DNA from: an uncultured bacterium
GTDB lineage: Bacteria; GCA-001730085
Direction: 5' to 3'
DNA length: 32,000 bases
NCBI GenBank assembly: GCA_964565945.1
Contig: CAZMGY010000021.1
Location: forward strand, 120,001 to 152,000
Made by a program: the position numbers and the translations under genes
Shown here: positions 6,593 to 18,222 of the stretch, one piece after another
Layout: each line of letters opens with the position of its first letter
How positions within the stretch are numbered: the first letter of the stretch is position 1
Notes under the pieces: generated by a model
Told to the model about the DNA's origin: nothing
What the model saw: only the letters and a program-made list of their open reading frames with translations
Databases searched by the model: none

Positions 6593-9262
6593 CTAAAACG
6601 CCAACTTCCGTAGCATCGTCTGCAAAATACCACCGTTACGAAAATAATCGACCTCCACAGGCGTATCGATACGTGCCTTAGCCACAAAGGTAATCTCCCT
6701 TCCATCGGGCTTGGTCACCACAACATTCACATCATCTCCTGCAGACAATTGATCATTCAATCCTGGAAAATCAAATATTTCGTCTCCAAACAAACCTAAA
6801 CTGTCCGCAGAATCATCTTGCTTGAACTGCAAAGGCAACACACCCATACCAATCAAGTTGCTTCGATGGATGCGCTCATAACTCCGAGCAATCACCACAC
6901 GTACGCCGAGCAAGAACGTCCCTTTGGCTGCCCAATCACGGCTAGATCCCGTTCCATACTCTTTACCAGCCAAAACCATCAACGGAGTCGAAACCTCCTT
7001 ATATTTAAAAGACGCATCATAAACACTCATCACTTTGTCTTCAGGAAAAAAGGTAGTCCAACCGCCTTCGGTACCCAGCGCCAATTGATTACGCAAACGA
7101 ATATTGGCAAAAGTTCCTCGCGTCATCACGCGGTCATTCCCCCGGCGTGAACCGTAACTATTAAAATTCTCGGGTTTTGTCCCCTGCGATTGCAAAAATT
7201 CCCCCGCAGGACTATCGATTTTAATCGCACCAGCCGGAGAAATATGATCGGTGGTCACAGAATCACCCAGTTTAAGTAAGACGCGAGCTCCATGAATTGG
7301 TGAAATCGGCACCAGTTCACTATCCATGGTGTCAAAAAAGGGCGGTTCTTGAATATACGAACTTTCTTCTTCCCACGCATAAAGTTCCGATTGAGCCACA
7401 TCAATATTTTGCCACTCTTCGGTTCCCGTAAAGGCATTGTCACGCATGTCGGCAAACTGCTCCGAGGTCACAACTTCATCAATCACTTCGGCAATGTCTT
7501 GCTGACTAGGCCAAATGTCACGCAAATACACATCATTGCCGTCGGCATCTTGACCTAGAGATTCCTTTTGAATATCTCTTGCAACTGAACCCGCCAAAGC
7601 ATAGGCCACCACCAAAGGAGGAGAAGCTAAGTAATTGGCTTTCACATGAGGGTTAATCCGACCTTCAAAATTGCGATTGCCACTCAAGACACTCGCCACA
7701 ACAAGATTCGCAGACTGAATCGCATTGGAAACATCTTGCGGAAGTGGTCCACTGTTACCAATACAAGTCGTGCAGCCATAGCCAACTACATTAAAACCTA
7801 ATTGACTTAAGGGCTCAAGCAAACCCCCTTTGTCCAAATAGGCGGTCACTGCCGTCGATCCAGGAGCTAAACTGGTTTTCACAAAAGATTTAACCTTCAA
7901 ACCTTTGGCCACAGCCTTTTGAGCCAACAATCCAGCTCCAATCAACACCGAAGGGTTGGAGGTATTCGTGCAACTTGTGATTGCAGCAATCACAACCGAC
8001 CCATGCTCCAAAGAGCCCTTGCCTTCTACCTCGACCGATTGAGTTAAGTCCGACTCAGACACAGCAAATCCTCGTTCACTCACAGGTACTTGCAAGGTTT
8101 GCACAAACTCAGGAGCCATTTGATCCAAAGCAACGCGGTCATGAGGTCTTTTAGGACCCGCCAAACTCGGAACAACTGTACTCATATCCAAAGAAAGGGT
8201 GTCGCTGTACTGCGGAACAGGTTTATCTAAAGAATAAAATAAGCCTTGGGCTTGGGTGTAAGCTTCCACCAATTCAACTTGATCCGCACTGCGACCAGTC
8301 ACCTGAAGATACCTAAGGGTTTCTTGATCAACGGGAAAAAAGCCCATCGTAGAGCCATATTCAGGCGCCATATTGGCAATAGTCGCACGATTGGCTAAAC
8401 TCATCTTCGCCGAACCTTCGCCATAAAACTCAACAATTTTTCCGACAACCCCTTTTTGCCGCAACATTTCAGTGATTGTCAACACCAAATCAGTGGCCGT
8501 AACGCCTTCTTTTAACTCACTGGTCAGTTCAAAACCAATCACTTCGGGCATCACCATAGAAATAGGCTCCCCCAGCATAACTGCTTCCGCCTCAATACCC
8601 CCAACGCCCCAGCCAACAATACCGAGACCATTAATCATTGTGGTATGACTATCAGTTCCGACCAAGCTATCTGGAAAAACAACTGTCTCACCGTCAACCT
8701 GACGCTTCAAAACACCTTCGGCCAAACATTCCAAGTTGACCTGATGGATAATACCGCGACCAGGAGGAACAATGCGAAAATTATCAAAAGCATTTTGTCC
8801 CCACTTAAGAAATTCGTAACGCTCTTGGTTGCGCTCAAATTCAATGTCCATGTTCTCTTTAAGCGCCTGCTCATGACCAAAGTGATCCACCTGAACCGAA
8901 TGATCAATCACAAGATCACAAGGAATTTGGGGATTAATTTTTTGAGGATTTCCTCCTAGCTTCTTCATCGCCGAACGCATGGCCGCTAAATCAACCACAC
9001 ACGGAACTCCAGTAAAGTCTTGTAAAATCACTCGACCTGGCTTAAAGCTAATTTCGGTTTGACCAGCTGTCTGCGGAGACCAGCTGGCTAATTTTTCAAC
9101 ATCCGCATCGGTCACTTGAAAAGCATCATTGTTGCGCAAAGCGGACTCTAATAAAATACGAATCGAATAAGGCAAAGTTTCAATGGCAAACCCCTTATCT
9201 TTGAGGACACCTAAATCAAAATATGTAAATGCGCCAGCCGAGGTCTGAAGTTGTTTTTTCAT
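6593..9262 (-). CDS. acnA: aconitate hydratase A
   Basis: About 890-aa [56 protein letters not shown] and SGNRNFEGR motifs are diagnostic of the AcnA/IRP family. I prefer ATG 9262 (GGAG 8 nt upstream) to the GTG at 9271. Confidence 0.95.
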   Translation of the reverse strand: MKKQLQTSAGAFTYFDLGVLKDKGFAIETLPYSIRILLESALRNNDAFQVTDADVEKLASWSPQTAGQTEISFKPGRVILQDFTGVPCVVDLAAMRSAMKKLGGNPQKINPQIPCDLVIDHSVQVDHFGHEQALKENMDIEFERNQERYEFLKWGQNAFDNFRIVPPGRGIIHQVNLECLAEGVLKRQVDGETVVFPDSLVGTDSHTTMINGLGIVGWGVGGIEAEAVMLGEPISMVMPEVIGFELTSELKEGVTATDLVLTITEMLRQKGVVGKIVEFYGEGSAKMSLANRATIANMAPEYGSTMGFFPVDQETLRYLQVTGRSADQVELVEAYTQAQGLFYSLDKPVPQYSDTLSLDMSTVVPSLAGPKRPHDRVALDQMAPEFVQTLQVPVSERGFAVSESDLTQSVEVEGKGSLEHGSVVIAAITSCTNTSNPSVLIGAGLLAQKAVAKGLKVKSFVKTSLAPGSTAVTAYLDKGGLLEPLSQLGFNVVGYGCTTCIGNSGPLPQDVSNAIQSANLVVASVLSGNRNFEGRINPHVKANYLASPPLVVAYALAGSVARDIQKESLGQDADGNDVYLRDIWPSQQDIAEVIDEVVTSEQFADMRDNAFTGTEEWQNIDVAQSELYAWEEESSYIQEPPFFDTMDSELVPISPIHGARVLLKLGDSVTTDHISPAGAIKIDSPAGEFLQSQGTKPENFNSYGSRRGNDRVMTRGTFANIRLRNQLALGTEGGWTTFFPEDKVMSVYDASFKYKEVSTPLMVLAGKEYGTGSSRDWAAKGTFLLGVRVVIARSYERIHRSNLIGMGVLPLQFKQDDSADSLGLFGDEIFDFPGLNDQLSAGDDVNVVVTKPDGREITFVAKARIDTPVEVDYFRNGGILQTMLRKLAF

Positions 9263-9345
9263 GTATTCCACTCCATCTCATATACCATGCAATGAATTCC
9301 CTTCCTATAATAATCACTCTATTCTATCTTGTCTTTAACGGTTTG

Positions 9346-10542
9346 TCACATGAATCTCAAGGAGGTATACAAACTGAGCAACGTATCCAAAGCTTTTTGG
9401 GGGGCATAAGTTTCACGAACCAAACGCAAACCAGCCTCACGCTTCTCAGCCCGCAAATGTGGCTGAGACAAATATTGACGCAAGCAATTCGCCAAAGCCT
9501 CCGCATCATCAGCCTGATAAAAAAGAGCCTGATTTTGGGCATGCTCAAACATCCCCCCTGCTCGGCTTCCAATAACGGGACAGCCAGATGCCATAGCTTC
9601 AATCCATATCAGCCCTACCGCTTCTTCCGCCACAGATGGAAACACCAAACACAACGCTTGACGGTACGCTATCGCCAAATCAGGTTTTGTCATATAGCCC
9701 TCAAAAGAAACTCTATCTTGCAAACCATGCTCCTTTAACTGAGTCTGCAAGCCTTCTCGATACTCGTCTTCATTCGGTCCGACACTTCTTAATCGTAAAT
9801 CAGGATATTCATCAGCCAGCCGAATAAAAGCCTCCACCAAACGATGTGAACCTTTGTAAGGACTCAACGAACCCACAAATAACACACTCATTTCTTGGGC
9901 ATTGCAACTCTCTATTGAAGAAAAACAGTCCAGATCAATCCAAGGGTTCACCACCCACCAACGGCCCTGTAACAGACCGTAAGATTCGTACACATCCTTC
10001 ATCCGTTTGGCTGGGGCAATCGCGCAATCAATCGAAGACATCATCTGCCGAAACATCGCCAAGCGCACATAGCTCTTAACACCCGCACAAAACATGCAGG
10101 TGCGCCACCCGTGCCCAGCACACATATTGGTGGCCTGGCGCTTCATATCTATAAAGGAACGGTAAACACATAGAGGCCAATAATCATGCGAAAACCAAAC
10201 GGTCGGTATCCCTAGACGTCGGGCAATCACAAACACTTGCGGGGACAAAGTAACTAAATTGTGTCCCTGTACGATATTGATCTGATGCTGACGGATAAGC
10301 TCTTGATAATGCGTCACATGTGTTCGCCAATGTCCCGAAAGATGTACACAAACAACTTTATCGCCCCATTCTATCTCTGACGATTGCGACGTAGCTGAAG
10401 CCACCACAATCGTTTCGATCGCCTCATGCTTAACCATATGCTTAAGCAAAAGCTTCATCCTCGTTTCGGCACCACCACCTTGAAGACCCGAATCATTCAC
10501 CAACAAAAGACGTAAGCCTCTTGATTCTTTCTTATTAGTCAT
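9346..10542 (-). CDS. glycosyltransferase, GT4 (GT-B fold) family
   Basis: 398-aa ORF. It has N-terminal GGGAETR, and C-terminal PSVAEEAVGLIWIEAMASGCPVIGSRAGG (an EX7E-type motif). The acceptor is unknown. It starts 8 nt after the sdhB stop. Confidence 0.8.
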   Translation of the reverse strand: MTNKKESRGLRLLLVNDSGLQGGGAETRMKLLLKHMVKHEAIETIVVASATSQSSEIEWGDKVVCVHLSGHWRTHVTHYQELIRQHQINIVQGHNLVTLSPQVFVIARRLGIPTVWFSHDYWPLCVYRSFIDMKRQATNMCAGHGWRTCMFCAGVKSYVRLAMFRQMMSSIDCAIAPAKRMKDVYESYGLLQGRWWVVNPWIDLDCFSSIESCNAQEMSVLFVGSLSPYKGSHRLVEAFIRLADEYPDLRLRSVGPNEDEYREGLQTQLKEHGLQDRVSFEGYMTKPDLAIAYRQALCLVFPSVAEEAVGLIWIEAMASGCPVIGSRAGGMFEHAQNQALFYQADDAEALANCLRQYLSQPHLRAEKREAGLRLVRETYAPQKALDTLLSLYTSLRFM

Positions 10543-10549
10543 AAGGAAC

Positions 10550-11293
10550 TTATCTTAATAGATACTCACGGTTCATCCGTGCAATGCTATCAACAGAAAT
10601 GGCTTTAGGACAAGCCGCTTCACATTCGTAAGTATTGCTGCAATTGCCAAATCCCTCTTGATCCATCTGCTCGACCATCTGCTTCACACGAGCCGAACGG
10701 TCAACTTGCCCTTGAGGAAGAAGTGCCATTTGAGACACTTTCGCTCCCACAAACAACATCGGAGAAGCATTTGGACAGGCCGCAGCACAAGCACCGCAAC
10801 CAATACATGCCGCCATATCCATGGCCAAATCAGCATCGTTTTTCGAAATTAAAATATCATTCGCCTCGGGAACGCCTCCTGTGCTGGCCGAGGTGTAGCC
10901 CCCCGCCGATATCACTCGATCCAACGAGGAGCGATCCACCGCAAGATCTTTAATAACAGGAAAACCTTTCACGCGCCAAGGCTCAATCACCAATAAATCG
11001 CCATCATTAAAATGGCGCATATGAAGCTGGCACAAAGTTGTCTCGTCTAAAGGTCCATGCGCTTGTCCATTCACCATAGCACCACACATGCCACAAATCC
11101 CCTCACGACAATCATGATCAAACGCAACCAGGTCTTTACCTTCTTTAGTCAAGCGCTCATTAAGCACATCAAACATTTCTAAAAAAGACATATCGGTGCT
11201 CACTTGATCCAATTCATAGGTTTCAAAATGCCCTTTGACATTTTGAGAAGCTTGTCGCCATATTTTGAGGCTTAAGGCCATTGTTTGTCCCAT
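10550..11293 (-). CDS. sdhB: succinate dehydrogenase/fumarate reductase iron-sulfur subunit
   Basis: 247-aa ORF with the expected Fe-S cysteine clusters [25 protein letters not shown] and CECEAACPK. Its start overlaps the sdhA stop (TAATG). Confidence 0.9.
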   Translation of the reverse strand: MGQTMALSLKIWRQASQNVKGHFETYELDQVSTDMSFLEMFDVLNERLTKEGKDLVAFDHDCREGICGMCGAMVNGQAHGPLDETTLCQLHMRHFNDGDLLVIEPWRVKGFPVIKDLAVDRSSLDRVISAGGYTSASTGGVPEANDILISKNDADLAMDMAACIGCGACAAACPNASPMLFVGAKVSQMALLPQGQVDRSARVKQMVEQMDQEGFGNCSNTYECEAACPKAISVDSIARMNREYLLR

Positions 11294-13206
11294 TACTTGT
11301 AACTCCTTTGAGTCAATTTGACATTTTCAAAAGATAATTCTTCTTGATGACGAACAGTCTGCTGATTTTCACCTTTGTATTCCCAAACAGCTACGTGACA
11401 AAAATCGTTATCATCACGCAAAGCTTCACCCTCTTCGGTTTGAGATTCCTCTCGAAAGTGACCACCACATGATTCTTTGCGGCTTAAAGCATCTCGCACC
11501 ATAAGTTCTCCATACTCCAAAAAGTCAGCAACACGTCCTGCGCGTTCCAAGGTCTGATTAAAATCTCCCTCAGAACCAGAAACATTCACATTGCGCCAAA
11601 ACTCTTCGCGAATTTGAGGGATTCTTTCGAGAGCCAGTTTGAGACCGTCTTCGTTGCGAGCCATGCCACAATAGTCCCACATGATGTGCCCCAATTCCTT
11701 ATGAAAATCGTCAACCGTTCGCTTGCCTTGAATGCTTAAAAGCTTGGCAATCCTCTCTTGCACAGCATTTTTGGCGTCCTGAAACTCCTCTGCCGAATCA
11801 TCACACTGTTCAGGTGTTACTTTGGCCAAATAATCACCAATCGTGTACGGCAGAATAAAATAGCCATCGGCCAAACCTTGCATCAGAGCACTCGCTCCCA
11901 AGCGATTCGCCCCATGATCCGAAAAGTTAGCTTCGCCCAAAACGAAAAGGCCAGAAATTGTGCTCATTAAATTATAGTCCACCCATAACCCCCCCATCGT
12001 GTAATGTACAGCGGGGTAAATCATCATCGGGTTTTTGTAGGGATTTTCCCCTGTGATGCGTTCGTACATATCAAATAAATTACTATAACGCGCTCTAATC
12101 GTATCTTCCCCTAAACGCTGAATTGACTCGGTGAAATCTAAATAAACGGCCAAAGCAGTTGTTCCCACCCCCTTATCTTCATCGCATTGCGTTTTGGCAT
12201 TGCGCGAAGCCACATCACGAGGCACAAGGTTGCCAAAGCTAGGATAAAGGCGCTCTAAATAGTAATCGCGTTCGCTTTCGGGAATATCTTTGGCAGCACG
12301 CGTATCTCCTTGTTCTTTCGGGACCCACACACGACCATCATTACGCAAGCTCTCGCTCATCAAAGTCAGCTTAGACTGATAATCTCCATGAACAGGAATA
12401 CAGGTAGGATGAATCTGTGTGAAGCAAGGGTTTGCAAATCCAGCCCCTTTTTTATAAGCTTTCCAAATCGCTGTCACATTGCTTGCCATCGCATTGGTCG
12501 ACAAATAAAACACATTGCCGTAACCTCCAGTAGCCAAAACCACCGCATCGGCAGCATAAGTCTCTAATTCACCATTAATCAAATTGCGAACCACAATGCC
12601 TTTAGCCACACCATCAACAAGCACAAGCTCCATCATTTCTCGACGAACAAAAAGCTTCGCCTGACCCTTCTCGACCTCTTTCATAAGAGCCCCATAGGCG
12701 CCCAATAAAAGTTGTTGCCCTGTTTGGCCACGCGCATAAAAAGTTCGAGAAACCTGCGCACCTCCAAAAGAGCGATTGGCCAAGTAACCACTATATTCGC
12801 GGGCAAAAGGGACCCCTTGAGCCACGCACTGATCAATAATGTTATTGCTCACTTCGGCCAAACGATACACATTGGCTTCTCGAGAACGATAATCACCCCC
12901 TTTGACAGTGTCATAAAATAAACGCAACACACTATCGCCATCATTAGGATAATTTTTGGCTGCGTTAATTCCACCTTGGGCCGCAATGCTATGTGCTCTT
13001 CGGGGAGAATCTTGAATACAAAAGGCTTTGACGTTGTAACCCATTTCTGCCAAAGAGGCACTTGCCGACGCTCCTGCTAATCCCGTGCCCACAACAATCA
13101 CATTGTACTTACGTTTGTTTGCTGGGTTTACAAGCTTCAAATTAAACTTATGCTGAGTCCATTTCTCGGCAATAGGGCCTTCAGGAATTTTGGCATCTAA
13201 CTGCAT
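11293..13206 (-). CDS. sdhA: succinate dehydrogenase/fumarate reductase flavoprotein subunit
   Basis: [15 protein letters not shown] (FAD fold), [17 protein letters not shown] (histidyl-FAD site) and HYTMGGL. I prefer ATG 13206 ([17 protein letters not shown] 7 nt upstream). The track ORF starts at GTG 13218. Confidence 0.93.
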   Translation of the reverse strand: MQLDAKIPEGPIAEKWTQHKFNLKLVNPANKRKYNVIVVGTGLAGASASASLAEMGYNVKAFCIQDSPRRAHSIAAQGGINAAKNYPNDGDSVLRLFYDTVKGGDYRSREANVYRLAEVSNNIIDQCVAQGVPFAREYSGYLANRSFGGAQVSRTFYARGQTGQQLLLGAYGALMKEVEKGQAKLFVRREMMELVLVDGVAKGIVVRNLINGELETYAADAVVLATGGYGNVFYLSTNAMASNVTAIWKAYKKGAGFANPCFTQIHPTCIPVHGDYQSKLTLMSESLRNDGRVWVPKEQGDTRAAKDIPESERDYYLERLYPSFGNLVPRDVASRNAKTQCDEDKGVGTTALAVYLDFTESIQRLGEDTIRARYSNLFDMYERITGENPYKNPMMIYPAVHYTMGGLWVDYNLMSTISGLFVLGEANFSDHGANRLGASALMQGLADGYFILPYTIGDYLAKVTPEQCDDSAEEFQDAKNAVQERIAKLLSIQGKRTVDDFHKELGHIMWDYCGMARNEDGLKLALERIPQIREEFWRNVNVSGSEGDFNQTLERAGRVADFLEYGELMVRDALSRKESCGGHFREESQTEEGEALRDDNDFCHVAVWEYKGENQQTVRHQEELSFENVKLTQRSYK

Positions 13207-13210
13207 AATC

Positions 13211-13906
13211 TCATCCACCTGCTTTCAGAGTGCATGAACTGCACTGACTTACAAAATACACATAGGCGGGAATTGAAACATACCCCGCAGTTATCACAAT
13301 AGCAAAAATGCGACTGGCCTTTTTGATGAGAGGCGCATAGTTTTTGTTACAAAGTCCAAATGTTTGAAAAAAGCTCTGCACACCATGATCTAGATGCAAT
13401 CCCACCGCAACCATAGCAATGGCATACCATAAGGAATGCCCGATCGAAAGAAACGAGTTATAAACCAAGCCATAAAGACCTAGGTTCTGACCCCTCACAA
13501 CGCTGGCAAGTCCATAATGCTCGGTAAGAGTGTAGTCTAACAAATGCAAAATGATGTACACCAAAATGATCGGACCTGTAAAGCGCATGGTGCGTGAACT
13601 AAAGGTTTGCTTACCAGAACCAACAAACACCGCATAACAATTTTCGCGCCCTCGGCTATTTTGCCGTACCAACAAAGCGGTTATCACCAAGTGAGTAATA
13701 AATATCGCGAGCAGACCAGCTTCAAAAACATTCAATAAAGGGCGCAAGTTTTTAAGCTTCGCTGCATAGCCATTAAAAGTTTCGGGACCAAAATAAAAGG
13801 TTAAGTTACCTGCCAAATGCGCCACCACAAACGAAATCAGAACCAAACCAGAGACAGCTACTATCTGTTTTTTTCCAATTGATGACTTTAAATAAGAACT
13901 TAACAT
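13211..13906 (-). CDS. sdhC: succinate dehydrogenase cytochrome b subunit (single large membrane anchor, type B)
   Basis: About 231 aa with roughly five hydrophobic segments and conserved His residues ([29 protein letters not shown]). It sits directly upstream of sdhA/sdhB. The start is either ATG 13906 or TTG 13912. Confidence 0.8.
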   Translation of the reverse strand: MLSSYLKSSIGKKQIVAVSGLVLISFVVAHLAGNLTFYFGPETFNGYAAKLKNLRPLLNVFEAGLLAIFITHLVITALLVRQNSRGRENCYAVFVGSGKQTFSSRTMRFTGPIILVYIILHLLDYTLTEHYGLASVVRGQNLGLYGLVYNSFLSIGHSLWYAIAMVAVGLHLDHGVQSFFQTFGLCNKNYAPLIKKASRIFAIVITAGYVSIPAYVYFVSQCSSCTLKAGG

Positions 13907-14019
13907 ACGCAAAATTTCTCTAATAAACTAACACTTGTGAACCCTTTGCCACAGTTACCTTTTCATAAACTATACTCTTCTTATCTCAAAAAAACAACTC
14001 TCCCTCCATGGACCTGTTT

Positions 14020-16092
14020 TTAAGAATGCTCAACCAAGGCACGATAAACATCTAAAGTTTGCTCAGCTGTTTTTTGCCAAGTAAAGGTTTTCGCCCACTT
14101 CATCCCTTTAAGAGACAAATCCTCCCTTTTTTCAGAATTATCCAAAAGCTCGCACATAAGTTTATGCAACGCCTCCACATCCTTTGGAGGAAACATCAAC
14201 GCACCCGGACCGACCACCTCTGGCAATGAAGAGGTGTTTGAGGTAATCACAGCCACCCCGCAAAGCATCGCTTCCAAAGGCGGCAAACCAAAGCCCTCAT
14301 ACAACGAAGGATAAATAAAGATACTGGCCCCATTGTACAAATGCAACAACTCCTCTTCCGTCACATAATCAGTGAAAAAAATCCTATCCTTCGCCTTCAC
14401 GTGAGCAGCTTCTTGAAAAATTTCATCATACAGCCAGCCTTTTCCTCCAACAATGACCAGTTGCAAATCTCTTTCGGGCTCTTTATCCAGCATGTGCACA
14501 AAAGCCATAATTAATGTTCGAATATTCTTTCTCGGTTCTAACACCCCCACGCTCAAAACATACTCTTTACAAATGCTAAACTTTGTGAGTGTGGGACGAA
14601 TCACCCGAACATCCTCTAATTTCCTATATATCGGATTAATACCTGGATAAATAACATGAATTTTTTCTTCGTCCACATTCAACAGACGCACGATGTCCTG
14701 TTTGGTGTTTTCGGAAATCGCAATAATCGCATCGGCACGCCGTGCCGACAAATGGACAAATAACTTCAAGTACAAGCGGTAACGTCGTACAAACATCTCG
14801 GGAAAAAGCAAGTACGCCATGTCATGAATCGTAATTATCATTTTCGCACTTTTCAAAACAGGTGAGACAAACGCAGGAAAATGAATCACGTCCACACCTT
14901 TCGTTAAGACCCGCCACGAGATCAAAACTTGCTCCTGCCATAACTGTCTCATCACACCGAACCAGCCCTTACTTTTCTTGGGCGATAGTGGGTAATCAAA
15001 GTATTCGAGTATATGACTGGTGTCTAACATTTTCAAACCTTCCACCAAGCCTTTGTTATATTCCCCAACACCGCCTTTGCTATTACTAATAGCCAAACAG
15101 TCCACCACAAAGCGCCGAGGAAAATCATGACTGTAATGAATCTTGTGCCAAATCAAAGACCCCACGCCCAATAGCATAGCTTTGATATGATACCACTGTC
15201 CAGCCAAGCCTTTAACTAAACAATAGGCTGGTGCATAAACCCCGAAAAAATAAAGGATAAAGAACCCTTTCTCCCACGCCGAGCCACAGTTAAAAACAAA
15301 CAAAAACCGATTCCGCGTTGACCAAAATAAAGCGTTGGCGTTTTTGTATCCTCCCGTAGCCTCTGAAACTTTATGCCACACCTTAGCTTGATGCACATAA
15401 CCGAGCTGATAGCCTTGTTTTTGGAGCTTATAACAGATATCTATATCCTCGTAATAGGCAAAATAACGTTTATCAAAAAGATCGACATGTTCAAAAATAT
15501 CTGTGCGCGCAAAAAAAGCACAGCCAGACACAAAATCAACCAACTCGTCACGATCATACTGCCCCTGGTCTTTTTGACCATAGCCAATAGCAAAACTACG
15601 CGAAAACCTTAATGAAGTTTTACCTCCTGCCGACTCAATGGTTTCGGGATGATAATAATTGAGAATTTTAGGCCCCACCACACCCAATTGAGGGTTGGCC
15701 TGCATCGCATTCAGGAAGTGATTCAAAATCTCGAGATCAACCACCGTATCATTATTAAGCAAGAAAATATAATCGGCATTTTGCTCCAAAGCGTAACGAA
15801 TCCCAATATTATTGCCTTCGACAAAGCCCAAATTAGACCCATTGCAAATCACCTTAACCTCAGGAAATTGGGCGTTCACCTGATCAACAACACCATCTGC
15901 TGAACCGTTATCAACAAGAAGCAGAGAAAAATTAGAATAATTAATGCCAAAAATAGAATTCAAGCACTCTAGAGTATTCTCCCCACCATTCCAGTTAAGA
16001 AGAACCACTTGAATGAAGGGGGGGCTTGTGAGTAACTTGTGACTTTCTATCAATCTGGCTTCACCTTTTTTTTCTGTAACACCTTGATTCAC
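14020..16092 (-). CDS. bifunctional glycosyltransferase: N-terminal GT2 domain, central hydrophobic segment, C-terminal GT4 domain
   Basis: 690-aa ORF. The GT2 part has VVLLNWNGGENTLECL, VDNGSADG, LLNNDT and YEDIDICY. The middle is hydrophobic (FFILYFFGVYAPAYCLV). The GT4 part has VGVLEPRKN, LVIVGGKGW and YPSLYEGFGLPPLEAMLCGVAVITSNTSSLPEVVG. Confidence 0.85.
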   Translation of the reverse strand: MNQGVTEKKGEARLIESHKLLTSPPFIQVVLLNWNGGENTLECLNSIFGINYSNFSLLLVDNGSADGVVDQVNAQFPEVKVICNGSNLGFVEGNNIGIRYALEQNADYIFLLNNDTVVDLEILNHFLNAMQANPQLGVVGPKILNYYHPETIESAGGKTSLRFSRSFAIGYGQKDQGQYDRDELVDFVSGCAFFARTDIFEHVDLFDKRYFAYYEDIDICYKLQKQGYQLGYVHQAKVWHKVSEATGGYKNANALFWSTRNRFLFVFNCGSAWEKGFFILYFFGVYAPAYCLVKGLAGQWYHIKAMLLGVGSLIWHKIHYSHDFPRRFVVDCLAISNSKGGVGEYNKGLVEGLKMLDTSHILEYFDYPLSPKKSKGWFGVMRQLWQEQVLISWRVLTKGVDVIHFPAFVSPVLKSAKMIITIHDMAYLLFPEMFVRRYRLYLKLFVHLSARRADAIIAISENTKQDIVRLLNVDEEKIHVIYPGINPIYRKLEDVRVIRPTLTKFSICKEYVLSVGVLEPRKNIRTLIMAFVHMLDKEPERDLQLVIVGGKGWLYDEIFQEAAHVKAKDRIFFTDYVTEEELLHLYNGASIFIYPSLYEGFGLPPLEAMLCGVAVITSNTSSLPEVVGPGALMFPPKDVEALHKLMCELLDNSEKREDLSLKGMKWAKTFTWQKTAEQTLDVYRALVEHS

Positions 16093-16143
16093 AACAAATA
16101 ACGTCCTTTTTCATAGTAAACAAGTTTTTTTTTAACTTATTTA

Positions 16144-16172
16144 TTGAAATCTCTTCAGACCTCGTCTATACT
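16144..16172 (+). promoter_or_regulatory. candidate sigma70 promoter for the rrf2-suf operon
   Basis: TTGAAA (16144..16149), a 17-nt spacer, then TATACT (16167..16172). It lies about 97 nt upstream of the regulator's ATG. Confidence 0.5.
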
Positions 16173-16269
16173 ATGGCATAGAACAACAAGAACGCAAGTT
16201 TCTCCTAGGTGTCATGATGTCGCACCTGGCGAATTAAAATATCTTCGTAAACTTGTGCAAAGGAACCTT

Positions 16270-16692
16270 ATGTTTAAACTTAATAAAAAATTAGAGTACG
16301 CACTTATGGTTGTGCGCCATATGGCTCAACAGCCCAAGGGACAGCTTGTGTCCGCAAAAGATCTTAGCGAAACCTATCAGATCCCTTTCGACACAACATC
16401 ACGCGTGTTGCAAATTATGGCAACCCAAGAACTCTTGCAAGCCACTCAAGGACCTCATGGCGGTTACAACATCCGCAAAAACCTTGAGCAGGTCAGTTTT
16501 TTAGATTTATCCGAAATGATTTTAGGTCCGATTATAGTCGCCGACTGTATCCATTCGTCGACGGCATGCCAACTGGTTCAAAACTGTAATATTACCCATC
16601 TGATGTTAACGTTCAATCAAAAGGTTATGGATTTGTGCCACCGCATGTCTCTGGCAGAAATGCTCGACATTCAGCACAACCCTTTACCCTAA
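16270..16692 (+). CDS. Rrf2-family transcriptional regulator (IscR/SufR-like, probable Fe-S sensing)
   Basis: I start at ATG 16270 (MFKLNKKLEYALMVVRHMAQQP, AAGGA RBS), not at the track's 16144. It has a winged-helix N-terminus typical of Rrf2 proteins and a C-x6-C-x5-C cluster (CIHSSTACQLVQNC). It lies immediately upstream of sufB. Confidence 0.8.
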   Translation: MFKLNKKLEYALMVVRHMAQQPKGQLVSAKDLSETYQIPFDTTSRVLQIMATQELLQATQGPHGGYNIRKNLEQVSFLDLSEMILGPIIVADCIHSSTACQLVQNCNITHLMLTFNQKVMDLCHRMSLAEMLDIQHNPLP

Positions 16693-16711
16693 GAATAAAT
16701 GAGATTTAGAT

Positions 16712-18145
16712 ATGGAGCCTCTAGAAAAAAAACTTAAAGAAGATTACAAATACGGTTTTTACACTGATATCGATGCCGATCAAGCCCCCAAAGGCCTCAA
16801 TCCCGACATCATTCGGTTTATTTCGGCTAAAAAAGAAGAGCCTGCCTTTATGCTCGACTTTCGCTTAAAAGCCTATGAACAATGGTTAAAAATGGCCGAG
16901 CCTCACTGGGCCGACGTGAACTATCCCCCGATTGACTATCAAGACATTTGTTATTATTCGGCTCCCAAACAGCAAAAGAAACTGAAAAGCCTCTATGAAG
17001 TCGACGAAAAACTTTTGCAAACATTCGAAAAGTTAGGTATTCCTCTAAGTGAACAAAAACGCCTAGCTGGAGTGGCGATTGATGCCGTTTTCGATAGTGT
17101 GTCCGTGGGAACAACCCATCAAGACATTTTAGAAAAAGAAGGGGTCATCTTTTGCTCGATTTCGGAAGCACTTCACAATCACCCCGAATTGGTCGAAAAA
17201 TACTTAGGCACCGTTGTTCCAACCACCGATAACTTTTACGCCGCACTCAATTCGGCGGTCTTCACCGATGGATCGTTCTGCTATATCCCAAAGGGTGTTC
17301 GTTGTCCCTTAGACTTATCGACCTACTTTCGGATCAATGCCGCTGAGACAGGCCAGTTTGAGCGCACCCTAATCATTGCCGAAGACCATAGCTACGTCAA
17401 TTACATCGAAGGCTGTACCGCACCCATGCGCGATGAAAAACAACTTCATGCCGCCATTGTCGAGTTAGTGGCCTATGATCATGCCGAAATCAAATACTCC
17501 ACCGTACAAAACTGGTATGCCGGTGATAAAGAAGGCAAAGGTGGCATATACAATTTTGTGACCAAACGCGGCAAATGTGCCGGAGAAGCTTCCAAAATTT
17601 CATGGACACAAGTTGAAGCAGGAGCCTCCATTACTTGGAAATACCCTAGCTGCATTTTGCAAGGAGATCATTCGGTCGGAGAGTTTTATTCGGTGGCTTT
17701 AACCAATAACAAAATGCAAGCCGACACCGGAACCAAAATGATTCACCTGGGAAAAAACACCAAAAGCACAATTATCTCCAAAGGCATTTCCGCAGACCAC
17801 TCATCGAATAGCTATCGTGGTTTGGTCAAAATAGCTCCATCAGCCCAAGGAGCACGCAATTTTTCGCAGTGTGATTCTTTATTAGTCGGAGATCAGTGCC
17901 GTGCAAACACGTTCCCTTATATCGAAATCAAAAACGAAACCGCTCAGATCGAACACGAAGCGTCTACGTCTAAACTCAGCGATGATCAACTCTTTTATTT
18001 GCAATCGCGTGGCTTAGAAACCGAAGAGGCTCTTTCACTCTTGGTGAATGGTTTCTGTAAAGACGTTTTCAAGGAACTCCCCCTGGAGTTTTCGGTGGAA
18101 GCGGTTAGGTTGTTAGAAATGAAATTAGAAGGATCGGTTGGATAG
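16712..18145 (+). CDS. sufB: Fe-S cluster assembly scaffold protein SufB
   Basis: 477-aa [38 protein letters not shown] and [21 protein letters not shown] are typical SufB signatures. Confidence 0.95.
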   Translation: MEPLEKKLKEDYKYGFYTDIDADQAPKGLNPDIIRFISAKKEEPAFMLDFRLKAYEQWLKMAEPHWADVNYPPIDYQDICYYSAPKQQKKLKSLYEVDEKLLQTFEKLGIPLSEQKRLAGVAIDAVFDSVSVGTTHQDILEKEGVIFCSISEALHNHPELVEKYLGTVVPTTDNFYAALNSAVFTDGSFCYIPKGVRCPLDLSTYFRINAAETGQFERTLIIAEDHSYVNYIEGCTAPMRDEKQLHAAIVELVAYDHAEIKYSTVQNWYAGDKEGKGGIYNFVTKRGKCAGEASKISWTQVEAGASITWKYPSCILQGDHSVGEFYSVALTNNKMQADTGTKMIHLGKNTKSTIISKGISADHSSNSYRGLVKIAPSAQGARNFSQCDSLLVGDQCRANTFPYIEIKNETAQIEHEASTSKLSDDQLFYLQSRGLETEEALSLLVNGFCKDVFKELPLEFSVEAVRLLEMKLEGSVG

Positions 18146-18222
18146 ACTTTGATTAAAGTGTAAATCTGACGATCGAGTCGCGGAACGACTCAACTTAAAA
18201 TAACCAACATAGGAATAAACTA

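Noticed and set aside
9229-9738. 169-aa plus-strand ORF
   Set aside because: It lies antisense to the GT4 gene and the acnA start and has no RBS or motifs. The other short antisense or overlapping ORFs in the track inside acnA, sdhA, prs, sufS, the 690-aa GT, the DUF748-like gene and the kinase gene were rejected for the same reason.
16144-16269. 42-codon N-terminal extension of the Rrf2 regulator ORF
   Set aside because: The extension covers the candidate promoter itself. Rrf2-family homology starts at MFKLNKKLEYAL (ATG 16270), which has its own AAGGA RBS.
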